A stretch of 64,000 nt of DNA. Origin: Nostoc sp. GTDB taxonomy: Bacteria > Cyanobacteriota > Cyanobacteriia > Cyanobacteriales > Nostocaceae. Below are positions 18,789 to 28,535 of the stretch, piece after piece (the stretch's first letter is position 1; each line of letters opens with the position of its first letter). The stretch covers positions 160,001 to 224,000 of the forward strand of contig JBALDB010000002.1 of the NCBI GenBank assembly GCA_036918135.1. Reading direction: 5' to 3'. The notes below the pieces were generated by a model that saw only the letters and a program-made list of their open reading frames with translations, had not been told where the DNA came from and ran no database searches. Made by a program: the position numbers and the translations under genes.

Positions 18789-21491
18789 ATGCTTCATCCA
18801 GTTCTGCCGCCCGATCCGCCTCCTATCCTCGAACCTTTACAACCTGCTAATTCCGTCTTATCTGCTAGCAATACAAAGTCTGGTTCAGGTGTCAAGACTG
18901 GGATACGCCCAAACCCGATAAAATTCAAGCACGATCGAGATTTGGCTCAGTTGGCGATCGCACGTGATACCAGAAGTTCTCCGCGCTCACCAAGTTTGCT
19001 CAAGTTAACTAGTCAGAAATTGGAAGTCGCCGAAACTCCATCCCTAGCCAATCCACCAAAAACTCTGCCAGCAGAATTTTCCTCACTCACCACCCCCCAA
19101 AGTGCAGCGCTTCTGGGGCAATCTCTAGAAATTGGTTATCCCACGCAGCAAGTTAAAATCTCTAATGTAGATGAGAAAGAAAATACGCAGGTATCGCAAC
19201 GCTCTGAGGAACAGACGCAGGGATACAAACAGCAAGAGCCAGAAGTTTTTGAACAACTCCAACAGCGATCGCTAAATCCTGACTCTAATAGTAAAGAAAA
19301 ACAAACCTTATTAGACTCTTTTAACTCCACTGCCTCAGAGCCTCAGAGCCTCAGAGCGTCTCCCCCTGCTATTTCTGCATCAAATTCTCAATCAATACAA
19401 AATTTAATACAGTTTAAGTCTCGCAAGCCAACAAACCAACTGTCTGCGCCCATCACTGTAGAATTTTATTCCCAAGCCCAAGCACCAACGCCAACACCAC
19501 AAGTAGACACCACAAATCAACCTCAACCGCCAGCTAGCACGCCGCAAGTAGACACCACAAATCAACCTCAACCGCCAGCTAACACCCCACAAGTAGACAC
19601 CACCAATCAGCCACAACCGCCAGCTAGCACGCTACCAGCCGCACCGAGAATTGTGGAAGTAACTTCAGATCGGCAAGAGTATGACGAACAACGGCGAATT
19701 ATTACGGCTGTTGGTAATGTAGTTGTGCGATTTGATGGAGCGGTAGTGGATGCCGATCGCTTGCAAGTCAGTTTAAACAACTTGATTGCTGCGGGGGAAG
19801 GCAACGTAACTTTAACACGGGGCGATCAAATATTGCGGGGACAACGCTTTACGTATAACTTTGTTCAAGATAGTGGAGAACTGCAAAATGGTGGAGGAGA
19901 AATCTACGTACCCTCAACTGATACAGATTTTGCTTTCTCATCCACAGATGTAACTGCTGGTGGAGTACCAAAACGCCCGCCGAGCGAACGCATTACAGCC
20001 AGTCAGCCGTTTTCAGGTGTTAGCAGTCCTGGAGGAATTGATGTCACAATTGGTGGTCAGGCAGACGCTAGCAACATCCCGCCGCCAAAAACTGGCGGTG
20101 CAGTCAAGCGCCTGAGATTTGAAGCCCAACAGATTGACTTCTATCCCCAAGGTTGGCAAGCAAACAATGTCCGGATCACTAATGACCCTTTTTCACCGCC
20201 AGAACTAGAGTTACGTGCAGATAAAGTCACTTTGACGCGAGAGTCACCCTTGGTAGACCGCATCCGTACCCAACGACAGCGTTTGGTATTAGATCAAAGG
20301 TTCTCTTTACCAATTCCGGTGAATCAACAGACAATTGACCGTCGGGAACGGGATGTTTCACCCTTTATAGTCTCTCCTGGCTACGATGGAAAAGACCGTG
20401 GTGGTTTCTACGTTGAGCGCGGCTTTCCACTCATCGAGACTGAGCAGACACGCTGGACAATCACACCCCAGTTATTAGTACAAAGGGGTATACAAGAAGG
20501 AGTGGGTGACTTAGGCGCACTGTTTGGTGTAAAAACAAGGGTCAATTCTGTTTTGAGTCCACGAACTGTAGTTCAGGGGACTGGAGAATTAACGAGTTTT
20601 AACTTCAACAATGTGGAAGAAAGTTTCCGGGCGAATTTGGCATTGCGCCAAATATTAGGCGATCGCCTTCCCCATATCTTGACTCTACAATATAATTACC
20701 GCGATCGTCTCTACAACGGCACCCTTGGCTTTCAAACTGTCCAGAGTAGTCTTGGTGCTCTAATTACCTCTCCTGTGATTCCTTTAGGCAAAAGTGGTAT
20801 TAACCTCAGCTATCAAGGAAGTGCCCAGTATATTGATGCCAACACCGATCGCCTAGACTTACTAGAACCAGTGCGGGATAACGATCGCATTTCACTAGGT
20901 CGTCTACAAGCTAGTGCATCCCTGAGTACTGGGTTGCGACTGTGGCAGGGAAAACCATTACCAGCCACCGCCAGTCAGGGATTACGATACACAGCTACCC
21001 CTGTAGTTCCTTACTTGCTAGCGATCGCTGGCGTTACGGGCACTAGTAGTTATTACACCAATGGGGATAACCAAAGCACCCTAACTGGTACAATTGGCTT
21101 ACAAGGGCAAATTGGTCATTTTTCTCGACCCTTTTTAGACTACACTGCTTTCAATATTAGTTTCTCTCAAGGTTTAAACAGCGGACTATCGCCCTTTTTA
21201 TTCGATCGCTCCGTTGATAACAAAGTATTGAGTGCTGGGATTATACAGCAAATCTATGGGCCTTTCCGCTTAGGCTTTCAAACATCAGTTAACTTAGATA
21301 CAGGTCAACAATCTAGCACCGACTACATTTTGGAATATAGCCGCCGCACCTATGGCATCACCTTGCGTTACAATCCAGTGCTGGAGCTAGGTGGCTTCAG
21401 CATCCGAATTAGTGATTTTAACTGGAATGGCGGTGCCGATCCATTTTCTGAAGTTAAGCCAGTAGTGAACGGGGTGCAACAGAATTATTAA
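18789..21491 (+). CDS. DUF3769 / LptD-like outer-membrane protein
   Basis: OstA-like segment (SDRQEYD, GNVVVRF, LTRGDQILRG), RITNDPFSPPELELRA, YRDRLYNGTLG and amphipathic beta-strands at the C-terminus; long low-complexity N-terminus. Confidence 0.85.
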   Translation: MLHPVLPPDPPPILEPLQPANSVLSASNTKSGSGVKTGIRPNPIKFKHDRDLAQLAIARDTRSSPRSPSLLKLTSQKLEVAETPSLANPPKTLPAEFSSLTTPQSAALLGQSLEIGYPTQQVKISNVDEKENTQVSQRSEEQTQGYKQQEPEVFEQLQQRSLNPDSNSKEKQTLLDSFNSTASEPQSLRASPPAISASNSQSIQNLIQFKSRKPTNQLSAPITVEFYSQAQAPTPTPQVDTTNQPQPPASTPQVDTTNQPQPPANTPQVDTTNQPQPPASTLPAAPRIVEVTSDRQEYDEQRRIITAVGNVVVRFDGAVVDADRLQVSLNNLIAAGEGNVTLTRGDQILRGQRFTYNFVQDSGELQNGGGEIYVPSTDTDFAFSSTDVTAGGVPKRPPSERITASQPFSGVSSPGGIDVTIGGQADASNIPPPKTGGAVKRLRFEAQQIDFYPQGWQANNVRITNDPFSPPELELRADKVTLTRESPLVDRIRTQRQRLVLDQRFSLPIPVNQQTIDRRERDVSPFIVSPGYDGKDRGGFYVERGFPLIETEQTRWTITPQLLVQRGIQEGVGDLGALFGVKTRVNSVLSPRTVVQGTGELTSFNFNNVEESFRANLALRQILGDRLPHILTLQYNYRDRLYNGTLGFQTVQSSLGALITSPVIPLGKSGINLSYQGSAQYIDANTDRLDLLEPVRDNDRISLGRLQASASLSTGLRLWQGKPLPATASQGLRYTATPVVPYLLAIAGVTGTSSYYTNGDNQSTLTGTIGLQGQIGHFSRPFLDYTAFNISFSQGLNSGLSPFLFDRSVDNKVLSAGIIQQIYGPFRLGFQTSVNLDTGQQSSTDYILEYSRRTYGITLRYNPVLELGGFSIRISDFNWNGGADPFSEVKPVVNGVQQNY
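19494..19628 (+). repeat. 3 x 45-bp in-frame tandem repeat
   Basis: Encodes TPQVDTTNQPQPPA(S/N) three times. Confidence 0.95.
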
Positions 21492-21612
21492 TCAAAATGG
21501 CAATCAGGAATGGAGCATTGGGCAGAAGAAGCAGAGGGATAAAGGGGAAAGACTTGCTGTTTTATCTGCCTCATCTTTCTATGCCCCATACCCCGCCCCA
21601 AGACGGTGTCTA

Positions 21613-21645
21613 CGGTTAGTTGGGGTTTGAATCCCCTTCTAACCG
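21613..21645. terminator. Hairpin between convergent genes, possibly a bidirectional terminator
   Basis: CGGTTAG..GGGG-loop-CCCC..CTAACCG inverted repeat. Confidence 0.5.
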
Positions 21646-21666
21646 AACCCTACACCCTGTTCAATC

Positions 21667-23166
21667 TTATGATTCGGGATTTAAAGGCAAAATTACTGTA
21701 AATGTAGTACCGATACCAACTTGGCTTGTGACACTGATTTGACCGTTGTGAGCATCAACGCACCTTTTAACAATGACTAACCCCAATCCGGTGCCCTGAA
21801 TTGATTGGACATTTGAGGCTCGGTAGAATGATTCAAAAAGTCTGGCTTGGTCTGCTTCCGGAATACCAATTCCTCGGTCTTGAATATAAAAAATTGCTAC
21901 TTTCTGAGCAGGGTCACATATTAAATCGAATTGAATATTGCCACCTTTGGGAGAATATTTTACTGCGTTTGAGAGTAGATTACTGAACATATAATCTAAG
22001 AGCCGTTCATCCATGACAGCGTTCGTATCATTACTATGACAAGTAAAAATAATTTGAGTTACACTATTAATAACAGTAGAAAAATCTTCGATTAGTTCTC
22101 TACAGAATAGTTCTAAATTAATTGGAGCAGGATTACATACCAATTTTCCTGCCTCCGCATGACCCATAAATAGCACCTCTTCCATGAGTTTATTCATGGA
22201 TTGCACGGCTCCTTGAATACGCTTTATATAGGTGCGTCTTTTAATATCGGTCAAATGTCTTCCCTGGATTTCTATAAGTTCTACTGACGTTTGAATAACT
22301 GTTAAGGGATTACGGAACTCATGAGATACAGTCGAGATAAATAAGGACTTGAGACGGTTAAGTTCTTGCTCCTTTTGCAATGCTTGCTCTAACAATTTTG
22401 CTTGACGCCGTTCGCTAAGATCCCAAAAAACAACTACTACACCATTAATCTGGTCAGGTCGCCGTCTCAATGGTGAAGCACTATCCCCAATAGGAACCCT
22501 TTTTCCATCTTTAGTAATTAGAGATGTAAATTCCCCTAAATAAACAACCTGTTGCTCCCGCAATACTTTTGTGACTGGATTTTCTAAGGTAGCTTCTGTA
22601 ACTTCATCAACAAGATGAAAAATCTTTGATGCTTCATTGCCTAGAGCATCTTTTTGCTGCCATCCGGTTATGGCCTCAGCTGCGGGATTCATAAATGTCA
22701 CCATTCCTTGCTCATTGGTGGCAATCACAGCATCACTCATGGAGTTTAGAAGAGTTGCTAACTGATCTCGATTCTCCCGCAGTTCGCGTTCTAACTGGTG
22801 TTTTAATAAACCGATTTCAATAGCTATTCTCAAATCTTTTGTAGTAAATGGCTTAACAATGTATCCAAAAGGTTGGGTAATTTTCGCTCGTTCTAAAGTA
22901 TTTTCATCACCATACGCAGTTAAAAAAATTATAGGTACGTCTAGCTGTTCACGAATATGAGTGGCAGTGGCAATACCGTCCATCTCACCTTTAAGGATAA
23001 TATCCATTAGTACTAATTCTGGTTGAGTTTCCCATACCTTGGCAATGGCAACTTTCCCAGAGGAAGCTGTACCGGTGACAGTGTACCCTAGTTGACTGAG
23101 TTGTCTGGCGATAGTTCTAGCCACAATTACTTCATCTTCAACGACTAAAATCCTAGCTTGACCCAT
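21667..23166 (-). CDS. Hybrid sensor kinase REC-PAS-HisKA-HATPase
   Basis: VVEDE/LMDI/KPF receiver motifs, PAS (FMNPAAE), SHEFRNPL H-box, NAVKYS, DRGIGI and GTGLGL. Confidence 0.93.
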   Translation of the reverse strand: MGQARILVVEDEVIVARTIARQLSQLGYTVTGTASSGKVAIAKVWETQPELVLMDIILKGEMDGIATATHIREQLDVPIIFLTAYGDENTLERAKITQPFGYIVKPFTTKDLRIAIEIGLLKHQLERELRENRDQLATLLNSMSDAVIATNEQGMVTFMNPAAEAITGWQQKDALGNEASKIFHLVDEVTEATLENPVTKVLREQQVVYLGEFTSLITKDGKRVPIGDSASPLRRRPDQINGVVVVFWDLSERRQAKLLEQALQKEQELNRLKSLFISTVSHEFRNPLTVIQTSVELIEIQGRHLTDIKRRTYIKRIQGAVQSMNKLMEEVLFMGHAEAGKLVCNPAPINLELFCRELIEDFSTVINSVTQIIFTCHSNDTNAVMDERLLDYMFSNLLSNAVKYSPKGGNIQFDLICDPAQKVAIFYIQDRGIGIPEADQARLFESFYRASNVQSIQGTGLGLVIVKRCVDAHNGQISVTSQVGIGTTFTVILPLNPES

Positions 23167-23176
23167 TTGGTATTTA

Positions 23177-25975
23177 CTAATTCAAAGTTAACTGCGTGAA
23201 TTGGATTTTGAATACTGTTCCACGATCGCATTCTAGAGTAATCTCACCTTCGAGTTGTTCTGTAACTAAGTCATACACCAAAGAGAGACCCAGAGAAGCA
23301 GTATTTCTCCAATCTAAATTATCTGGTAAACCAATACCATTGTCTTGAATAGTCATCTCGATCCTATTATCAAGATTTCGTAAAGCAATACGAATTGTGC
23401 CTGCTTGTTGATTGGGAAAAGCGTGCTTTAGAGCGTTAGAGATTAATTCGTTAATTACTAATCCACAGGCAATGGCTTGGTCAATATTCAAACTAACTGA
23501 ATCTATATCAGTTTCAAGAGCAATTCTCCCAGGAACAATTTGATAGGAAATTAACAGGCTGGTTGCCAAATTATGGATATAATCACCAACATCAATTTGT
23601 CCAATATTAGCGGAAGTATATAAATTTTTATGAATGAGAGATATTGACTCGATGCGGTTCTGACTTTCTCTAAGAACTTTAATGACTTCTAAATCTTTAA
23701 GTGAGTGAGACTGGAGTTGCAATAGGCTAGAGACAATCTGCAAATTATTTTTAACTCGATGATGTACTTCTTTTAAGAGAACTTCTTTTTCTGCCAATGT
23801 ACTTCTTAACTTCACTTCCATTTTTTGTCTTTGCACAAGTTCAGTTTGAGCTTGTTCAAACATGCTAGATTGTTGAATAGCGATCGCCAATTGTACTGTA
23901 ACTCCATCGAGCAAATCTAACTGATTTTCTTCCCACTCCCGAAAACGGGAACATTGGTGAGCAATTAGTAAACCCCAAAGGTGAGAACCAGAGTTTTGAG
24001 ACCTTACTTCTAGTAAAATGGGTACGACTAAATTTGCTTTCACCTCAAACCGTTCTAATAAGCAAATATGGCAATCACTTAGTCCAGCTTGATAAATATT
24101 AGCGAGTGCTTGTTTGCGTCCTTGATAATACTCCACTCCTCCGCCTGTTTGAAAACAAGTATCATGAACTTCTGCACCTAAAGAAACTCTCCATCCAGGC
24201 TCTACGGATTCTGCCATAATTGTGCCAATCATCTCTCGGTCAAACTGATAAACTACTACTCGTTCAACCTTCAGTAAATCTCGCACTTCTTGAACTGTAA
24301 CATTGAGAATATCTTGGAGATTTAAAGATTGACGAATTCGTTGAGCAATGGTTCGCATCAATTGCTCTCGCTCGGCTTGAGCAATAATCGCAAGTTCACT
24401 TCGTTTACGTTCTGTGATATCTTGCCCAATCCCGATAATTTGACCATTTGCAAGTCTAACATTAGTCCAAGATGTATCTAATAAATGACCATCTCGTACC
24501 TGAATTCTAAAATCATTCCAGTTGCGTTGTGCAGACTGAATAAAATTAATCACATCTTGACGATATTCAAGATTAGGAAATAAAACTTCTAAAATATCAG
24601 AATTTTGTAAATCTTGAAATTTCCAACCTAAAACTCTTTCCCATTCTTGGTTCACCCACTGAAGTTTATTATTGTGATTAATCAGTGCAATCATCAAGGG
24701 AATATTTTCAAAAATTAATTTTAAAAATTTATTTTGTTCTTGAAGCTTTTTCTGTTCATTTTTAGAAAAACTAATATCATAAACTACTATTAAAATTGCT
24801 GCTTCATTATTAAATTTTAAATATTGCAGTGAAGCACTCGCCCAAAACTGACTGCCATCCGCTCTTTTTAATTGAAGTTCATAATTACGGATATATCCAT
24901 CTCGTTCCAGAATTTCTAACAGTGCTTTTAAATCTGTTAAATCATAGTATAAATCTGAGATTTTTTTTTGATTAACTAAATTTATTGAAGAAAAATGAAA
25001 CGTTTTAATTAACTCCTGATTAGCGTATAAAATTAAACCATCAGACGCACGTAAAATCATTAATGGAACAGGAATTACTTCAGAAATAGCTCGAAATCTA
25101 GCTTTATTTTCTTCAATGTTTTTTTCTATTTCTTTGTACTCTATGATATCTTTTATATTAACTAACTGAGCTTTGTAACTAGCATAATCTATTGGATGTG
25201 AGACAATTTCTACATCAATAATCTGTCCGTCTTTGCGACGATGCAGCCATTGTCCACAAAAGTGTAAGCTAGAATGATTTTTGTCTAAAGATTCCGGCAA
25301 TATAGAGAGATTTTCTGGACAGTAAATATCAGTTATTCGCATTTGTAAAAACTCTTCTCGTGAGTAGCCATAATGAATAATAGCAGCTTCATTCACATCT
25401 AAGAATCGCAGATTTATTTCATCAAATACCCACATAGGGTTAGGATTTTTCAAGAAAAGAAGATTAAAACTTTTTTGACTATCATCAATAATTTTTTGCC
25501 GATGCAACTCTAGATGGCTGATTATTTGTCGAGCCAACTGTTGTAAGGCTACTTGCTCCTTAAAATTTAAATTTCGGACAGCAAAATCAATTACACAAAG
25601 AGTACCTAATGCAAAGCCATTAGAGGTAATTAAGGGAACCCCTGCATAGAAGCGCAAACAATTATTTGATGTTACAAAGGAATTTGTGGCAAACCGTTCA
25701 TCTTGCAAAGTATCAGGAATAATTAGTATTTGGCTTTCCAAGATCGTGTAACTACCAAAGGCAATATTTCGCGGAACTTCCGAGATAATTACTCCAATTT
25801 TTGACTTGAACCACTCCCGTTGTGCATCGACTAGAGTAATCAAAGCGATTGGTGTTTCACAAAAGTTAGCAGCTAATTGAGCTAGTCCATCAAAAACTTC
25901 TTCTGGAGGTGTATCTAAAATTTGATACCGATAGAGTACTTCTAGCCGTTGGCTTTCATTTTCAGGAAATAGCAT
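23177..25975 (-). CDS. GAF-PAS(x3)-cyanobacteriochrome GAF-HisKA_2 sensor kinase
   Basis: N-terminal GAF (RFYAGVPL), PAS domains, a CBCR GAF with DTCF and CH motifs, EVHHRVKNNLQ H-box, NELISNALKH and DNGIG. Confidence 0.92.
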   Translation of the reverse strand: MLFPENESQRLEVLYRYQILDTPPEEVFDGLAQLAANFCETPIALITLVDAQREWFKSKIGVIISEVPRNIAFGSYTILESQILIIPDTLQDERFATNSFVTSNNCLRFYAGVPLITSNGFALGTLCVIDFAVRNLNFKEQVALQQLARQIISHLELHRQKIIDDSQKSFNLLFLKNPNPMWVFDEINLRFLDVNEAAIIHYGYSREEFLQMRITDIYCPENLSILPESLDKNHSSLHFCGQWLHRRKDGQIIDVEIVSHPIDYASYKAQLVNIKDIIEYKEIEKNIEENKARFRAISEVIPVPLMILRASDGLILYANQELIKTFHFSSINLVNQKKISDLYYDLTDLKALLEILERDGYIRNYELQLKRADGSQFWASASLQYLKFNNEAAILIVVYDISFSKNEQKKLQEQNKFLKLIFENIPLMIALINHNNKLQWVNQEWERVLGWKFQDLQNSDILEVLFPNLEYRQDVINFIQSAQRNWNDFRIQVRDGHLLDTSWTNVRLANGQIIGIGQDITERKRSELAIIAQAEREQLMRTIAQRIRQSLNLQDILNVTVQEVRDLLKVERVVVYQFDREMIGTIMAESVEPGWRVSLGAEVHDTCFQTGGGVEYYQGRKQALANIYQAGLSDCHICLLERFEVKANLVVPILLEVRSQNSGSHLWGLLIAHQCSRFREWEENQLDLLDGVTVQLAIAIQQSSMFEQAQTELVQRQKMEVKLRSTLAEKEVLLKEVHHRVKNNLQIVSSLLQLQSHSLKDLEVIKVLRESQNRIESISLIHKNLYTSANIGQIDVGDYIHNLATSLLISYQIVPGRIALETDIDSVSLNIDQAIACGLVINELISNALKHAFPNQQAGTIRIALRNLDNRIEMTIQDNGIGLPDNLDWRNTASLGLSLVYDLVTEQLEGEITLECDRGTVFKIQFTQLTLN

Positions 25976-26375
25976 CAGTTGTTTTATAAAAAACTTTTTT
26001 ATACTTAGTTTTAATCTGCTTAGATTTTCAAAAATTCGGTTTGAGTTTGGAATAATTTCTTTTATTAAAGAGTTACTTGGTTGTCTTGAATTAGCTAAAA
26101 TCTATTTTTAAATTATTATTTATTTAAAATTTCCTAATTAAACTCGATGTATTTTTGAGATATTAATTCTACTCAATTTTTAATAATCGCTTGCAATTAA
26201 TTAAATAAGTTTTATTAAAAATAAACAATCTTCATCAGCACTTTGTATATTTTATATTATTTCTATACTACATCAAAAATGAAAATTGACAGCCTATTAA
26301 CCTAATTGTAGTATACAGTAAAATTATATACTAAAATTGTCCCCAGAGATTTAGCGCTCAAATTAAACTACTCTA

Positions 26376-26405
26376 GACACAGAGATTTTTTGGGATCTCT
26401 GTGTC
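26376..26405 (-). terminator. Hairpin downstream of the SagB-family gene
   Basis: GACACAGAGAT...ATCTCTGTGTC perfect 11-bp stem. Confidence 0.6.
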
Positions 26406-26427
26406 CTCAGCCAGCAAAGGATTAGTT

Positions 26428-27960
26428 CTATCTTGGGCGTCCAAATGTAGTGATATATAAAACAGCTTCATCAGCAGGAATACCCAAAACTTCATTTACT
26501 TGGTCATCAAAGAATCCACCGATACCGCTAACGCCTATATTTAGGTGCATTGCCGCTAAATTCAAGCGTTGTCCTAAATGACCGGCATCCATATGTAAAT
26601 AACGGTAAACACGATCGCCATACTGAGCGATCGCAGCTTTGAGATCCGCTGTATGGAACAGTACTGCTGCGGCATCCCGGCCTAATTCTTGCCCCAGGCA
26701 AAGAAAATATAACTCTCGCCGGAAATTTTTAAACCGAATTTGACGTAATTCTTGGGCTTTGGGTGCGTAATAATAACAGCCAGCCTCCAGTCCTTTGACA
26801 CCACAAACAGCAATGAATGTTTGTATTAAATTCAGGTCAAAGTAATCTGGAGAAATGTCTAAACTTTGGTCAATGTAATTTTGTGGTTGATAAGTGAAAT
26901 CGAGTAAGTTTTTTAGCTCATCGAAAGTTAAATCATCACCGTTGTATGCGCGGGTAGAACGTCGCTTGTACATAGCGATATCTAAATCTGATAGCTTTTC
27001 TCCCCAATATATAGGTGTAGTGCTGGTGGGAATTTTCAAACAGAAAGGAAAATTATATTTATCCTCCAAAGATTTTTCTTGTTTGATAGTTGGTAGATTG
27101 AGCTTGCCAGTTATACCTGGTTCAATCTGAGTGTGTTGATGGAAATATTTTAGTAGTTCTCCATCAGCGATTTGGGGATAACTGGTTTCGGTGGCAGAAG
27201 GTAGGGCAGTGCATCCTAATGGCAGATTTTGATTAATATCTAACAAGTCTGCCAGAGGTAAAATGGCGATCGCACCTTCGTGTTGTGGATCTATATAAAG
27301 CAAATCATTTACCGATTCATCCACAAAACCGCCGATTAAATGGGGGCGATAGTCAGCAATCGCACCAGCTAACTCGATATTACCCAGAAGATGTCCTGTA
27401 TCTAGAAAAATCCGACGATAAGCCCGGTCTTCATAGCGCCAAGCAGAACGATAGAAAACTGCTGTAACAATAATTGCTAGTTGGGTATTTTCTAGCGAAG
27501 GATGCCAGAAACAACCTGCTTGTAGGGTTTGCCAAACATTATTTTCCCAATAATGCATCAAGGAATGAGTCCGGCACTGGTAATTATACAGTCCTGCTGG
27601 CAATAACGACGTGCCACGAGAAACTAAATATACCTCCGCAGGGTACAACCCGCCAGCACTAGGAGCCGCACGTAAATACACTGCACTTCCCATAGAAGGC
27701 ATTCTCGCCGTTAGTCCATAGCTGCGGAACAGCAACCGCGACAGTCTTTGCCAGCGTTGAGCATCTGAATTATTAGCAAAAGCCTCTGGTTTTTCTTGAA
27801 TATAAGGTTTGAGATCGTAAGTAGAGCCAATTTTGTATTCTTTAAAAGGTACTGGCTGCTTAGCCCAGTCTAACCTTTGATTTTTTAAAGCGAGAGTCTC
27901 AGGATCGTATTTAGTCCGTTCGTGATAATGCTGAGCAATTGATTGGTGTAATTCTGGCAT
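26428..27960 (-). CDS. SagB/ThcOx-family FMN-dependent dehydrogenase (tandem nitroreductase domains)
   Basis: YHERTKY, RAAPSAGGLYPAEVY, WRYEDRAYR..LDTGH, RRSTR, YGDRVYRYLHMDAGH and GIGGFFDD motifs. Confidence 0.9.
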   Translation of the reverse strand: MPELHQSIAQHYHERTKYDPETLALKNQRLDWAKQPVPFKEYKIGSTYDLKPYIQEKPEAFANNSDAQRWQRLSRLLFRSYGLTARMPSMGSAVYLRAAPSAGGLYPAEVYLVSRGTSLLPAGLYNYQCRTHSLMHYWENNVWQTLQAGCFWHPSLENTQLAIIVTAVFYRSAWRYEDRAYRRIFLDTGHLLGNIELAGAIADYRPHLIGGFVDESVNDLLYIDPQHEGAIAILPLADLLDINQNLPLGCTALPSATETSYPQIADGELLKYFHQHTQIEPGITGKLNLPTIKQEKSLEDKYNFPFCLKIPTSTTPIYWGEKLSDLDIAMYKRRSTRAYNGDDLTFDELKNLLDFTYQPQNYIDQSLDISPDYFDLNLIQTFIAVCGVKGLEAGCYYYAPKAQELRQIRFKNFRRELYFLCLGQELGRDAAAVLFHTADLKAAIAQYGDRVYRYLHMDAGHLGQRLNLAAMHLNIGVSGIGGFFDDQVNEVLGIPADEAVLYITTFGRPR

Positions 27961-28134
27961 AGTACTTTTAATATCCTTGGACATCCTTACTTTTGATCTT
28001 GGCATTCATCAGTCTCATTATTTCGTGTCAATTAGTACAATCCTCAGACTTACAAAGTGGTAATTGGTAACTGAATTGGGAAAGTGGGGAGATAAGGGAA
28101 TCGGGGAGATAACACAGAGAAGGAGTTTGAGGTT

Positions 28135-28428
28135 TTGAAGCTCAACGTTGAACCTCTGAACTCGAACGTTGAACCTTTGAAGCTCAACGTTGAACCTCTG
28201 AACTCGAACGTTGAACCTCTGAACTCGAACGTTGAACCTTTGAAGCTCAACGTTGAACCTCTGAACTCGAACGTTGAACCTTTGAAGCTCAACGTTGAAC
28301 CTCTGAACTCGAACGTTGAACCTTTGAAGCTCAACGTTGAACCTTTGAAGCTCAACGTTGAACCTCTGAAGCTCAAAGTTGAACCTCTGAAGCTCAACAT
28401 TGAACCTTTGAACTTGAAACTTTTAGTT
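28135..28428. repeat. Tandem array of 13 full 21-bp units plus one degenerate unit
   Basis: Units A=TTGAAGCTCAACGTTGAACCT and B=CTGAACTCGAACGTTGAACCT in the order ABABBABABAA followed by two A variants; no spacers. Confidence 0.95.
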
Positions 28429-28535
28429 TTAACTCTCCTCCATCCTCCCTCATCTCCCTCATCTCCCTTATCCCCCCACTCCCCTTTCGCTGTACGATAT
28501 AAACGCAAAGATATCTCTCCACAGGTGGATGTGCA

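Noticed and set aside
28135..28428. CRISPR array
   Set aside because: Units are directly adjacent with no unique spacers, and there are no cas genes in the window.
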